Below, piece after piece: positions 7,140-15,989 of a stretch of 64,000 bases of DNA. The stretch comes from a virus (taxonomy: Duplodnaviria > Caudoviricetes): positions 3,162 through 67,161 of the IMG/VR virus record IMGVR_UViG_3300037467_000821; one strand, 5' to 3'. The translations under genes were made by a program, and so were the position numbers. The notes under the pieces were generated by a model. The model made no database searches and was not told the DNA's origin. It saw only the letters and a program-made list of their open reading frames with translations. Position 1 is the first letter of the stretch; each line of letters starts with the position of its first letter.

Positions 7140-7588
7140 TGGCCGAGACCATCTACAACGTACTCCAGGAGCTGTGGGTCAAGTGCACCGACGCGATGGC
7201 TCGCAGTGACATGGAAGGCGGGACTAGAGAGCAGTACTCGCAGAGCAAGCGCGAGGCTCTGGACGATGCGGCCGTGAAGATCAACGCGATCGTCCGACGC
7301 CAAGCGAAGGAGCTCCCCGAGATCCCGCCCGGCAAGAGCCTTTCGCTCGGGAAGATGCCTTACTTCTTCTCGGTGCCGTATCCCAAGGGGCCGAGCTTCA
7401 AGCGCTGGTTCGTAGTGGGTTTGGCAGAGGATCTGCCTGAGGGCGAAGCTGTCGAGGTGCATCGGTACGGCGATGACGAGAAGCAGGTCGTCGTCATCCG
7501 CGAGCACGAGTACGAGCGCGTGGTGCATCGCGGCAAGGACAAGGAGCGCCGGTACGTGCTCGCTTCCTTCGACAGGGAGGGTTGGTAA
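7139..7588 (+). CDS. hypothetical protein
   Basis: Coupled start; 3' part of track ORF 6923..7588. Confidence 0.7.
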   Translation: MAETIYNVLQELWVKCTDAMARSDMEGGTREQYSQSKREALDDAAVKINAIVRRQAKELPEIPPGKSLSLGKMPYFFSVPYPKGPSFKRWFVVGLAEDLPEGEAVEVHRYGDDEKQVVVIREHEYERVVHRGKDKERRYVLASFDREGW

Positions 7589-7806
7589 TGGCCGTCATTC
7601 GGCACGGCTCGGTGACGGTCTTCTTCGACATGGCCGAAATGGCCCGAGGCAAGGACGTCAAGTTTCGGCTGTACCAGCAGAACGGCGAGTCCGTCGATCT
7701 GATGATCAAGGGGACGGACCTTCTCGGTGCGCTCGTCAAGATGTCGGCTGTCATGAACGAACGCATCGACGTCCTCCAAAGAGAATTGGAGAAAGTTCAG
7801 ATATGA
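7588..7806 (+). CDS. hypothetical protein
   Basis: TAATG coupling, GGGAGG SD. Confidence 0.65.
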   Translation: MAVIRHGSVTVFFDMAEMARGKDVKFRLYQQNGESVDLMIKGTDLLGALVKMSAVMNERIDVLQRELEKVQI

Positions 7807-7973
7807 GTGTCAAGATGATCGCGGAGTTCCGTCGGAAGCCCTCGCTCGCCCGCCGGAAGGCGATCGCGCAGGAGAAGTCGGCTGAGCTCGAACGCATCGT
7901 GGCCGAGGAGATGCGGCGCGCGTTTCCGAGGATCGACATCGTCACGTTCCGCAACGGCGTTCAGGTCAACTGA
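7803..7973 (+). CDS. hypothetical protein (56 aa)
   Basis: ATGA coupling. Confidence 0.6.
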   Translation: MSVKMIAEFRRKPSLARRKAIAQEKSAELERIVAEEMRRAFPRIDIVTFRNGVQVN

Positions 7974-8182
7974 TGGGTGACTGTGCCGACGACATCATCA
8001 GCGGCAACCAGCGCGGCGGCGAAGACGACCACCTGGAAATGGCGTTCGAGGACGCCGTGGCGCACCCGCTGGTGAACAGCCAGGAGTACAACGATCAGTG
8101 GCAGGACGCCGCGTTCGACGAGCAGCAGGAGTACGCGTACGAAGAAAGCCTCGAAGAGTTCGACGAGGACGACGAGGAATGA
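7973..8182 (+). CDS. small very acidic protein (69 aa)
   Basis: TGATG coupling; D/E-rich C-terminus. Confidence 0.7.
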   Translation: MGDCADDIISGNQRGGEDDHLEMAFEDAVAHPLVNSQEYNDQWQDAAFDEQQEYAYEESLEEFDEDDEE

Positions 8183-8331
8183 GCATCAGGAGCTCCTGGC
8201 GATCCACTTTCGGTCCGGAGAATCCGAACGCCGACATCAACATCATCTTCGGAATTCTAGCAGCGGGAGTTGTGCTGATCTTCTGCGTGATGTTCCCGTT
8301 GCTAATGTGGCTGGCGACCCCCTACGAATAG
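8179..8331 (+). CDS. small membrane protein (50 aa)
   Basis: ATGA coupling, one TM. Confidence 0.6.
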   Translation: MSIRSSWRSTFGPENPNADINIIFGILAAGVVLIFCVMFPLLMWLATPYE

Positions 8332-8343
8332 GAAGAAGGACGA

Positions 8344-8505
8344 GTGATCTGGGAGTGGCTCCTGGCTCGGAAGGTCAGGCGAGCTGAGCGCCGGTATCGA
8401 TTGCGCCAGCAGCTGACCGAGGTTTCTTCGGGCTGGCACGAGGCTCGGATGTCCTGCCACGAGCAGGGTCGCGGACATCTGGCCTGCAACGGCAAGCACA
8501 TCTAG
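8344..8505 (+). CDS. hypothetical protein (53 aa)
   Basis: Hand-translated; GAAGGA SD; C-terminal CH..HxxC..H. Confidence 0.45.
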   Translation: MIWEWLLARKVRRAERRYRLRQQLTEVSSGWHEARMSCHEQGRGHLACNGKHI

Positions 8506-8518
8506 GAAGGAGGCGAAG

Positions 8519-10474
8519 ATGGCTTACATCGACGCTGGAATGGAGGGTAGGTACATCTTCGCCTCCGTCCACCCGTACGACCCGGACATGAAAGACCGGC
8601 TGAAGTACGAAATCCCCGGGGCGGCTTACGAGCCCGAAACGAAGAGGTGGAGGTATCCGCTTGATCTGGCGGTTTGCTATGCGCTTCGTGACGTCTTCGG
8701 CAAGGCGCTCCGGGTTCGTGTCCCGCTCGCGGAGTGGGCGGCGAAGGAGATCAAGCTCCGCAAGGAGCTTCAGGACCTTGCTACGGCGGACACTGCGTCT
8801 GTCCGGTTTTTGGCCGAAGAGGCCCCGGTCCTATATGCCGCGATGCAGGCCCGCCCGTATCAGCTGGTGGGTTCGGCTTGGATCTCGAGGACTGGGAGTG
8901 CCCTCCTTGGCGACGACCCGGGCCTGGGCAAGACTCTGCAGGTCATGGGTGCGGTGGTAGAGTCCGGTATTGCCGGACCGATTCTCGTGTTCGCCCCGAA
9001 GACCGCCGCGCTAGTCACGTGGCCCGACGAGCTACGTAAATGGCTCCCTGACGATGACTTCACCGTTGTCTCGCACCTCCCGGGGGTACGGCGCCGTCAA
9101 GTCATCGGCAACTACCTGCGTCGGGCTCGGGGCGCGTACGAGCGCGGCCAGCGGGCCTGGCTGATCTGCAACATGGAGATGGTGCGGATCAAGGTTCACA
9201 AGGAGAAGGATTACCGTGGCCGGGACACCAAGGTAACCAAGAAGGACTCCAGGGGCAACATCCTGACCACGGTGCACTACCCGCAGCTGTTCGATGGCAT
9301 CAAGTGGCAAGCTGTGATCATCGATGAGAGCCAGAATGCGCTGATCACGCAGACGCCGCAGTGGTGGAATCAGACGCAGGTTCGTGCCGGGCTCACCAAG
9401 CTCCCCATCGCCAAGGGTGGACTGAAGGTGGCGCTTAGCGGAACCTTCATGCGTGGCAAGCTGGAGAATGCCTGGGGCACGCTGAACTGGTTGGATCCGG
9501 AGAAATACACCAGTTACTGGAACTGGTGCCAGAAGCGCTTCACGGTGACGGACAAGTTCTTCGGTGGCCAGAACATCAGCGAGAACACTCTGGACGACAT
9601 GGAGGAGCGGGCGCTTGCGGAGTTCTACGACGAGCTCCGACCGTACATGCTTCGCCGTACCAAGGCTGAGGTCGCCACAGACCTCCCGCCGAAGCAGTAC
9701 GCCGGTACTCGGCTGGTAGAGCAGAACCCTGACTCCCCGCCTGGGATCTGGTTGCCGATCGAGGGCAAGCAGCTGAAGCTGTACCGCGAGATGAAGGCCG
9801 ATGCCGAGATGCGGCTCTCAAACGGCACGCTCATGGCGATGGGCATTCTGCACGAGATGTCGCTGCTGAAGCAGGTCGCCTCCTCGGCGGGAAGCATGCG
9901 GGTCTCGGTCGACAAGGAAGGCAAGGAGCACTACCATTACGTGCCCGAGTTGCCCTCAATCAAGTTCGACTGGCTGCTCGAATGGCTTACCGAGCGCGGC
10001 ATGTGTGGCGAGAAGTTCGGCGACAGCAAGGTCGTGATCGCCAGCCAGTACACGAGCCTGTTGAACCTGTACGTCAGTGAGTTGAACAAGTTCGGCGTAG
10101 AGACCTTTTTGTTGACTGGCGAGACCTCGCCGAACAAGCGCAAGCAGATGGCGAACCGCTTCCAGGAGCCGGGCGGCCCTCGGGTGTTCATGTTGAACAC
10201 AACGGCCGGTGGCGTATCCCTTACCCTGGACGCGGCAGATGACCTCATCCTGCTTGATGAGACCTGGATTCCGGACGACCAGACCCAGGTTGAGGACCGA
10301 ATTCATCGCGTGTCGCGCATTCACAATGTGACGATTTGGTACGTCCGGATGCTCGGCACCATTGAAGAGACGATCGCGACCGTCGCAGGCGGACGCGACC
10401 AGCTTCAGCGTAAGCTCATGGACGGCCAGCGCGGCGTGGGCTACGCGAAGCAGCTGCTCGGGGAGGCGAAGTGA
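8519..10474 (+). CDS. SNF2-family (SF2) DNA helicase
   Basis: DDPGLGKT, IIDESQ, LSGT, MLRRTK, GGVSLTL, QVEDRIHR motifs. Confidence 0.92.
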   Translation: MAYIDAGMEGRYIFASVHPYDPDMKDRLKYEIPGAAYEPETKRWRYPLDLAVCYALRDVFGKALRVRVPLAEWAAKEIKLRKELQDLATADTASVRFLAEEAPVLYAAMQARPYQLVGSAWISRTGSALLGDDPGLGKTLQVMGAVVESGIAGPILVFAPKTAALVTWPDELRKWLPDDDFTVVSHLPGVRRRQVIGNYLRRARGAYERGQRAWLICNMEMVRIKVHKEKDYRGRDTKVTKKDSRGNILTTVHYPQLFDGIKWQAVIIDESQNALITQTPQWWNQTQVRAGLTKLPIAKGGLKVALSGTFMRGKLENAWGTLNWLDPEKYTSYWNWCQKRFTVTDKFFGGQNISENTLDDMEERALAEFYDELRPYMLRRTKAEVATDLPPKQYAGTRLVEQNPDSPPGIWLPIEGKQLKLYREMKADAEMRLSNGTLMAMGILHEMSLLKQVASSAGSMRVSVDKEGKEHYHYVPELPSIKFDWLLEWLTERGMCGEKFGDSKVVIASQYTSLLNLYVSELNKFGVETFLLTGETSPNKRKQMANRFQEPGGPRVFMLNTTAGGVSLTLDAADDLILLDETWIPDDQTQVEDRIHRVSRIHNVTIWYVRMLGTIEETIATVAGGRDQLQRKLMDGQRGVGYAKQLLGEAK

Positions 10475-10722
10475 ATTCCAGCTGGTTGTGGCTGGTGATC
10501 CTGGCGGTGATTCTCGGAGCCATTGGCGGTATCCCGCTGGGATACTGGTGTGGCAAGCGAGACATGGAACTCAAATTCGAGGAGTGGCGACAGGCTCAGA
10601 TCCGCAAGAAGCAAGTCCAGTTGAACCGGAACGGACGCCGTCTGCCCGCTGTTGAGGGCGCAGGCCCTCCGATCGTTCAGCGCAGAATGGCGTTCCGGCG
10701 TGGGCCTATTCCCAAGAAATAA
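10471..10722 (+). CDS. membrane-anchored protein (83 aa)
   Basis: N-terminal TM, GTGA overlap. Confidence 0.65.
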   Translation: MNSSWLWLVILAVILGAIGGIPLGYWCGKRDMELKFEEWRQAQIRKKQVQLNRNGRRLPAVEGAGPPIVQRRMAFRRGPIPKK

Positions 10723-10726
10723 ATCA

Positions 10727-10776
10727 CTACTTTTTACCCGGTAAAAGTAGCGAACGGCCCGTGAATAGGGTAGGGT
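10727..10776 (+). promoter_or_regulatory. inverted repeat (operator/terminator) followed by TAGGGTAGGGT promoter-like motif
   Basis: CTACTTTTTACC/GGTAAAAGTAG at 10727-10750; motif at 10766-10776. Confidence 0.5.
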
Positions 10777-10818
10777 TCGTTCTAGAAATCGCACCGATCT
10801 TAGAAGGCGAGAACCTGC

Positions 10819-11298
10819 ATGTCGACGGAAACCCTGGCCGAGAACACCGAGGCCAACGAGGCCGAAGCCCGCGAATTCGCCGGTCACATGGACAAGGAGC
10901 CGACTCACCTTCACCGTGGCTACGGCGTCTGGCTGAAGGAGAAGGTCGGCTACGGCCCCGAGGCACCGGCCGACGGCGAGGAGCCGTCCGACGAGTGGAA
11001 GCACTTCGTCAAGACCATCCAGCTCGCCGTCGTGCTCTACGGCAAGTACCAGAAGTCGCCGGAGAACGCGGCCCGCAAGGTCGAGGAGGCGGCGGAGCGC
11101 GAGGAGAAGGCCGAGCAGGCCAAGGCCGAGCGCGCGAAGGCGGCCGAGGCGAAGGCGGCCGAGAAGGCCGCCGCGAAGGCGAAGGCCGACGAGGAGGCCG
11201 CTGCCGAGGGTACCGAGGCGGCCCCGGGCAAGAAGGCGACCAAGCCGAAGGCGACCAAGCCCAAGGGCGCGGCGTCGACGGTCGAGGCGCCGTTCTAG
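10819..11298 (+). CDS. putative DNA-binding protein with Ala/Lys-rich tail ending APF
   Basis: Strongly biased codons; KPKAT repeats; C-terminal TVEAPF. Confidence 0.75.
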   Translation: MSTETLAENTEANEAEAREFAGHMDKEPTHLHRGYGVWLKEKVGYGPEAPADGEEPSDEWKHFVKTIQLAVVLYGKYQKSPENAARKVEEAAEREEKAEQAKAERAKAAEAKAAEKAAAKAKADEEAAAEGTEAAPGKKATKPKATKPKGAASTVEAPF

Positions 11299-11353
11299 CA
11301 AGACTTCACCTAGGATCCGGGAGTCCTCGCAGACAAACCGGTCGGGTGACCAC

Positions 11354-11480
11354 CAGCCGAGTCCTCCACCCCCTGGGGCTCGGCTGCTGTGGTGGAGGCG
11401 AGAATGCGTACCGGCTTCGGAACAGGGCGGATAACCGGTACCGGGGAAGGTTCTCGTCTCCTCCAGAGCAGAGGAGGTGA
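11354..11480 (+). promoter_or_regulatory. structured 5' leader with SD-sequestering hairpin
   Basis: Stems 11354-61/11379-86, 11399-404/11451-56, 11408-14/11435-41, 11458-63/11471-76. Confidence 0.5.
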
Positions 11481-11481
11481 T

Positions 11482-11847
11482 ATGGGAAACAAGGCCGAGC
11501 AGCGAGCTCGCCGAAGGCGCATCCGAGAATGGATTGAGGATGAGTCTTACGAGCTAGGCGGATACTGGTACGCGTCCAGCGTGCCGAAAGAGCGGCACGG
11601 ACAACCAGGTACTTACAACAACTGGTTCTGCCGCTGCCGACCTTGCACAGACGCTTCCACATCCGCGAAGAAGAAGGAGCGGAAGCAGCGCTGGGAGGAG
11701 CGCATATGGAGCACGGCTCTGGATCCGAAGGGCTATTGGTACGCCCCGAATGCTCCGGAGCACGGGCTGTACTCAACCCTGAGGAATTGGGGCTGCCATT
11801 GCCCGCCGTGTCGTGCGGCGGAGAAGATTGAACAGGAGTCGCGATGA
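11482..11847 (+). CDS. protein with two HG-x6-W-x-C-x-C-x2-C zinc-binding repeats
   Basis: HGQPGTYNNWFCRCRPC and HGLYSTLRNWGCHCPPC; GAGGAGGTGA SD. Confidence 0.75.
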   Translation: MGNKAEQRARRRRIREWIEDESYELGGYWYASSVPKERHGQPGTYNNWFCRCRPCTDASTSAKKKERKQRWEERIWSTALDPKGYWYAPNAPEHGLYSTLRNWGCHCPPCRAAEKIEQESR

Positions 11848-12098
11848 TCAAGAAGAACGGCAAGTGGGTCGTGGGTGTCGGATTCAACAGCCAGAAGGAC
11901 GCCGAGTTATTCGAGGAGCTTCTGGCGCACCGTGGTCGGGTTGCTGTCGTCCCGCACGAGTTCGAGGCTCAGTTCGTCGAGCTGAACGAACCGATCACCG
12001 TCACCAACACGAACACCGGGGACGTCAACGGCGCCCTCGCCCAGTTCGGACATGTCGGGGGCAGCATCAACATCGCCGGGAAGAGGGTGCAGGACTGA
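11844..12098 (+). CDS. hypothetical protein (84 aa)
   Basis: ATGA coupling. Confidence 0.7.
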   Translation: MIKKNGKWVVGVGFNSQKDAELFEELLAHRGRVAVVPHEFEAQFVELNEPITVTNTNTGDVNGALAQFGHVGGSINIAGKRVQD

Positions 12099-12334
12099 TG
12101 GCCCGTCCGGAGGAGTTCAGGTTCACCGCGCACTGCTGCGGTAACGAGGAGATCGAGCTGGAGTGCCAGGTGTGCCCGGTTGGCATGCCTGCAGATGCCA
12201 GCCTTCGGATCTCGAACGGCGACGCCACCAGGATCTTCCAGGCGATCGCCGACCACGTGCACCGCGACCCGAACGCGAAGCCGTGCCACCGGATCATCCA
12301 CGACTCGGTCAACCGGAAGGCCCTGGAGGTCTAG
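12098..12334 (+). CDS. small Cys/His-rich protein (78 aa)
   Basis: TGATG coupling; HCC..CQVC..H motifs. Confidence 0.6.
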   Translation: MARPEEFRFTAHCCGNEEIELECQVCPVGMPADASLRISNGDATRIFQAIADHVHRDPNAKPCHRIIHDSVNRKALEV

Positions 12335-13477
12335 GTGTCACTGCCCATGCTGCGGACCAGCGAGCGGAGCACTTTCAAGAGGTGTCCGTTGGCGTGGGAC
12401 TGGTACTGGAACCAGGGCTGGCGTAAGGTGGGTCGCTCACCGAACGCGCTCTGGTTCGGTACCGGCGTGCACCTCGCTTTCGCTGACTGGTACCTCCCCG
12501 GCACCAAGCGCGGTATCGACCCACGCGAAACCTGGGAGAAGTACTGCAAGGACGAGATCCGGGCCATCAAGATCAGCAAAGCTGATCTAGCTGGCGGCGA
12601 CGATCTGCAGGAGTGGACGGACGCCCAGGAGCTCGGGCATCACGTGCTGGGGCATTACCTGGAGACATACGGCCACGACGAGAGCTGGGAGGTCATCGCC
12701 CGTGAGCAGACCTTCGGCGTCAAGATCCCGCACCCACGGAACAAGGGGCAGGCGATCACCAACCTGCGCGGTACGTTCGACGGGGTCTACCGAGACCTGG
12801 AGGACGGCCGCGTCAAGCTGATGGAGCACAAGACCGCCGCTACTATCAGGACCGGGCACCTCACCTTGGACGACCAGGGTGGGACGTACTGCACGGTTAG
12901 CACGTTCGCGTTGCGGGCGCAGGGACTCATCGGCCCGAAGGAAATCGTTGAGGGGATCACCTACAACTTTATCCGGAAGGCCTACAAGGACGAGCGGCCG
13001 ATGAACGAGCAGGGCTTGTACACGAACCTGCCGAAGAAGCTGCACTACGTCGAAGCGATCTGGGCCTCTGAGGACCCTGCAATCAAACAGGCTCTCCTAG
13101 GACGCACGGTGCGCTACCTCGAGAAGCTGACTCTGGTGCAGCTGGAGGCCGTCGCCAAGAAGTACGGCCTGAAGGTTCTCGGCGACGTCAGCAAGACGCA
13201 GGCGCAACTGTACTTCGACCGTCCATGGGTGGATCGGACCAAGAAGGAACAGATCGGTATGATCAACCGGATCGGTGCGGAGGCCATAAACATGGCTCGG
13301 TTCCGTTCTGGTGAGCAGCCGATCTACAAGACCCCTCGATATGACTGCGAGAATTTCTGTGATTTCTTCGCGGTCTGCGAGGTGCACGAAAGCGGCGGCG
13401 ACTACCAGGATCTCCTGGAGCAGTTGTACGTGAAGGAAGACCCGTACGCAGACCACCGCAAGTCAGCAGGAGAGTAG
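12335..13477 (+). CDS. Cas4/RecB-like PD-(D/E)XK exonuclease
   Basis: TSERSTFKRCP, GTGVH, GTFDG..EHKT, C-terminal CENFCDFFAVC Fe-S-type cysteines. Confidence 0.88.
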   Translation: MSLPMLRTSERSTFKRCPLAWDWYWNQGWRKVGRSPNALWFGTGVHLAFADWYLPGTKRGIDPRETWEKYCKDEIRAIKISKADLAGGDDLQEWTDAQELGHHVLGHYLETYGHDESWEVIAREQTFGVKIPHPRNKGQAITNLRGTFDGVYRDLEDGRVKLMEHKTAATIRTGHLTLDDQGGTYCTVSTFALRAQGLIGPKEIVEGITYNFIRKAYKDERPMNEQGLYTNLPKKLHYVEAIWASEDPAIKQALLGRTVRYLEKLTLVQLEAVAKKYGLKVLGDVSKTQAQLYFDRPWVDRTKKEQIGMINRIGAEAINMARFRSGEQPIYKTPRYDCENFCDFFAVCEVHESGGDYQDLLEQLYVKEDPYADHRKSAGE

Positions 13478-13672
13478 ATGGCGCGGACGCTGAAGAGCCT
13501 GGGGCTCGAAGAGCTGCGGTCCCTCCGGCGTCGAGCCCGCCGACAGCAAGGCCTCGGGCGGATCGGGTCAAAGGACGCGGACTACATCGTGTCTCGTCTC
13601 AACGAGGTTGAGGCTCGGATCATCTCCATGACGGAGGAGAACGAAAACGGAATGGAGGAAGTGGTTGACTAA
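13478..13672 (+). CDS. hypothetical protein (64 aa)
   Basis: GGAG SD, fills gap. Confidence 0.65.
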   Translation: MARTLKSLGLEELRSLRRRARRQQGLGRIGSKDADYIVSRLNEVEARIISMTEENENGMEEVVD

Positions 13673-14615
13673 CGCTCTGGACGGCATCGAGCTGCCGGAC
13701 AACATCGTCGACATGAATGATCTGGACGAGACGCTGAACGTCCTGGTCTACGGCGACCCGGGTGTCGGCAAGACAGTCTTCGGTGGTGGGGCGGACCTCA
13801 TCATCGCGACCGAGAAGGGCCTCGTCTCCGCCAAGCGGCAGGGCTCCAAGGCGAAGGCCTGGCCGGTCTCGTCGTGGGCGGACGTACAGGCCGCGTACGA
13901 GTGGGTCGAAGAGAAATGCGCCGAGGGTGTTCTCACCACGAAGCACTGGATCTCGGTCGACTCGGCACCGGAAATGCAGCAGCTCCTGCTGCGCTCCATC
14001 CTGGACAAGGCCGTGGCGCTGAACGACGAGCGCGACCCCGACATCCCGGCGATTCAGGACCACCAGAAGTGGCAGAACATGTTCAAGCGGTTCATCCGCC
14101 TGTTCAACGATCTGCCAGTGAACGTCCTGTACACGGCCACTCCGATGCGCGTGGAGAACGAGGAGGGCGACCCGCTCGTCCTGCCGGACTTCCAGGGCAA
14201 GGGGTTCGGTATCTCTTCGTGGGTCTGCGCGCAGATGTCTGCCGTGGGTTTCATGAAGAAGGTCGGTGTCCGGGTCAAGCCCAAGGACTCGACCAAGGAG
14301 CCGTACGTCAAGCAGGTCCGACAGATCCAGTGGCAGGCCACCGGCGAGATCTTCGCTAAGGACCGTTCGGACATGTGCGGTGAGAACACCCGGGACAAGT
14401 CGCTTCGAGAAATCGAAGTGATGATGAAGACCGTCCCGGAGACGCTGCGAGGTAACGGGGTAGCCCGTACCCCGGCTAAGCCGTCGCAGGCGGCTACGGT
14501 CGGCGAGGGGCCCGGCAAGGCCGCTCGTAAGGCCGCGCCTAAGCCCCCGGCGGCTACCGCCGCGCCGGAGGAAAAGAACGAAGTCGACATCTCCATCGAT
14601 GACGACGAGAACTGA
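13665..14615 (+). CDS. AAA-family ATPase (Sak4/RecA-like phage nucleotide-binding protein)
   Basis: VYGDPGVGKT Walker A, ISVDS Walker B, next to exonuclease and SSB. Confidence 0.88.
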   Translation: MTNALDGIELPDNIVDMNDLDETLNVLVYGDPGVGKTVFGGGADLIIATEKGLVSAKRQGSKAKAWPVSSWADVQAAYEWVEEKCAEGVLTTKHWISVDSAPEMQQLLLRSILDKAVALNDERDPDIPAIQDHQKWQNMFKRFIRLFNDLPVNVLYTATPMRVENEEGDPLVLPDFQGKGFGISSWVCAQMSAVGFMKKVGVRVKPKDSTKEPYVKQVRQIQWQATGEIFAKDRSDMCGENTRDKSLREIEVMMKTVPETLRGNGVARTPAKPSQAATVGEGPGKAARKAAPKPPAATAAPEEKNEVDISIDDDEN

Positions 14616-14623
14616 GGAGTCGC

Positions 14624-15340
14624 ATGCCCAGGTTCAAGGTCGAAGGCTTCGGCAACGAGGTGAAGGAGGCCGAGGCGGGGAGTTTCGCTCCGTATGACGG
14701 CCCCATCCCGCCGAAGAACACCCTGCTGCGGGTGAAGGTCAAGCAGTTGAAGATGAAGGTCAACAAGAACAACAACTTCATGCTCAACTGCGTCGTCGAG
14801 GTGGACATGCCGGAAGGCCACCCGAGCGCCAAGTACAACGGCTGCCCGGCGTGGTGGAACGGCAACCTCACCAAGGAGAGCGCGGGCTACGTCAACGCGT
14901 TCCTCAAGTCCATCGCGGGCTCGGAGATCAAGGGCAAGAAGCTGATCAACGAGTTCTGGGACAAGGGCGTGAACCTCATCGGCGGCAACAAGCCGACCAA
15001 GGAGAACCCGCTCGGGATCGCCGCGATCGGGTCGATGAAGATCGACGCCGACAACCCGCCGACCGGCTACATCCTTTCCAAGACCAAGAAGAACTTCCAG
15101 GACAAGTCCATCACCGAGATGGACGTGGCCGAGTGGGTTCTTCCGAAGTCCGCGACGGAGGGCGAGAAGGTCGACGATGACGGTGAGGTCGTCGACGAGG
15201 TCGAGGAAGAGGACGGCGTCGAGGTCGAGCAGGAGGACAGCGACGTCACCGACGAGGACGACGAGAACGACACCGACGAGGACGACGAGAACGACACCGA
15301 CGAGGACGACGGCCAGTACTCCGACGAGCCGCCGTTCTAA
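14624..15340 (+). CDS. single-stranded DNA-binding protein-like (DUF669-type)
   Basis: Beta-rich N-domain, long acidic tail ending YSDEPPF; follows AAA ATPase. Confidence 0.7.
   Translation: MPRFKVEGFGNEVKEAEAGSFAPYDGPIPPKNTLLRVKVKQLKMKVNKNNNFMLNCVVEVDMPEGHPSAKYNGCPAWWNGNLTKESAGYVNAFLKSIAGSEIKGKKLINEFWDKGVNLIGGNKPTKENPLGIAAIGSMKIDADNPPTGYILSKTKKNFQDKSITEMDVAEWVLPKSATEGEKVDDDGEVVDEVEEEDGVEVEQEDSDVTDEDDENDTDEDDENDTDEDDGQYSDEPPF
15247..15310 (+). repeat. 24-bp tandem repeat (about 2.7 copies) encoding TDEDDEND
   Basis: CACCGACGAGGACGACGAGAACGA repeated directly. Confidence 0.85.
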
Positions 15341-15354
15341 TCGGCGGTAAGTGA

Positions 15355-15453
15355 TAGGGTAGGGGTGCCGCGCGGGCCAGAGCTAGACGGGCGCGGCCAA
15401 GTGGGTAAACGCCGCCAGCAGCCCCTGCTCCACACTGGACGGAGGACCAGTGT
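15355..15453 (+). promoter_or_regulatory. TAGGGTAGGG promoter-like motif and RBS/start-codon hairpin
   Basis: Motif 15355-15364; ACACTGG/CCAGTGT stem (15432-38/15447-53) buries the GTG start with GGAGG in the loop. Confidence 0.5.
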
Positions 15454-15989
15454 TCACTCTGTTGCCCTACAAGGGCTACATGAAGACCGCCGAGTGCATG
15501 ACTGACTGGGACCTGAAGTCCCAGCTCTGGACGGTCAGCAACATCTTCCGAGGGCCGCGATTCACCGAGCACTCGATGATCCCTGGTATGTGGAAGGGAT
15601 ACATCTTCCAGCTGGTCTGCTACGGCTTGTCTCTCAGCTGGCACGCGCAGCAGCGTGGCCTGGAGGGGTGGCCCAAGGAAACCAAGCACATCGCGCAGTT
15701 TCGCCACATCAAGGACTCTTCGTCCAAGCCGCCGTGGATCGGCGATCCCTGGGTGCACCGGAGCCATCGGTCCCGCCTCCTTGGGCGGGAGGATTCAGAG
15801 CATTACGAGCCGCTGTTTCCCGGAACGCCGCTGAAGATGCCTACGATCTGGCCGAAGCTGGACGACAGCGACAGCCGGGGCTACAAGCTCTACGTCGACG
15901 TCGGCGATAAGTGGCTCGTCGATCGCAAGCTGTACTTCATGCCCGAGGGCATCTACCTCGGCAAGGACCGGGAGGTACTGGAAGAATGA
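15450..15989 (+). CDS. MSMEG_6728 / pyrimidine-dimer DNA glycosylase-like protein (divergent)
   Basis: MFTLLPY start, MWKGY, PPWIGDPWVHRSHRSRLL, EHYEPLFP motifs. Confidence 0.75.
   Translation: MFTLLPYKGYMKTAECMTDWDLKSQLWTVSNIFRGPRFTEHSMIPGMWKGYIFQLVCYGLSLSWHAQQRGLEGWPKETKHIAQFRHIKDSSSKPPWIGDPWVHRSHRSRLLGREDSEHYEPLFPGTPLKMPTIWPKLDDSDSRGYKLYVDVGDKWLVDRKLYFMPEGIYLGKDREVLEE

Noticed and set aside
12335-13477. Cas4-like nuclease as a sign of a CRISPR system
   Set aside because: No repeat-spacer array or other cas genes seen; it lies in the usual exonuclease-AAA ATPase-SSB recombination module of actinophages
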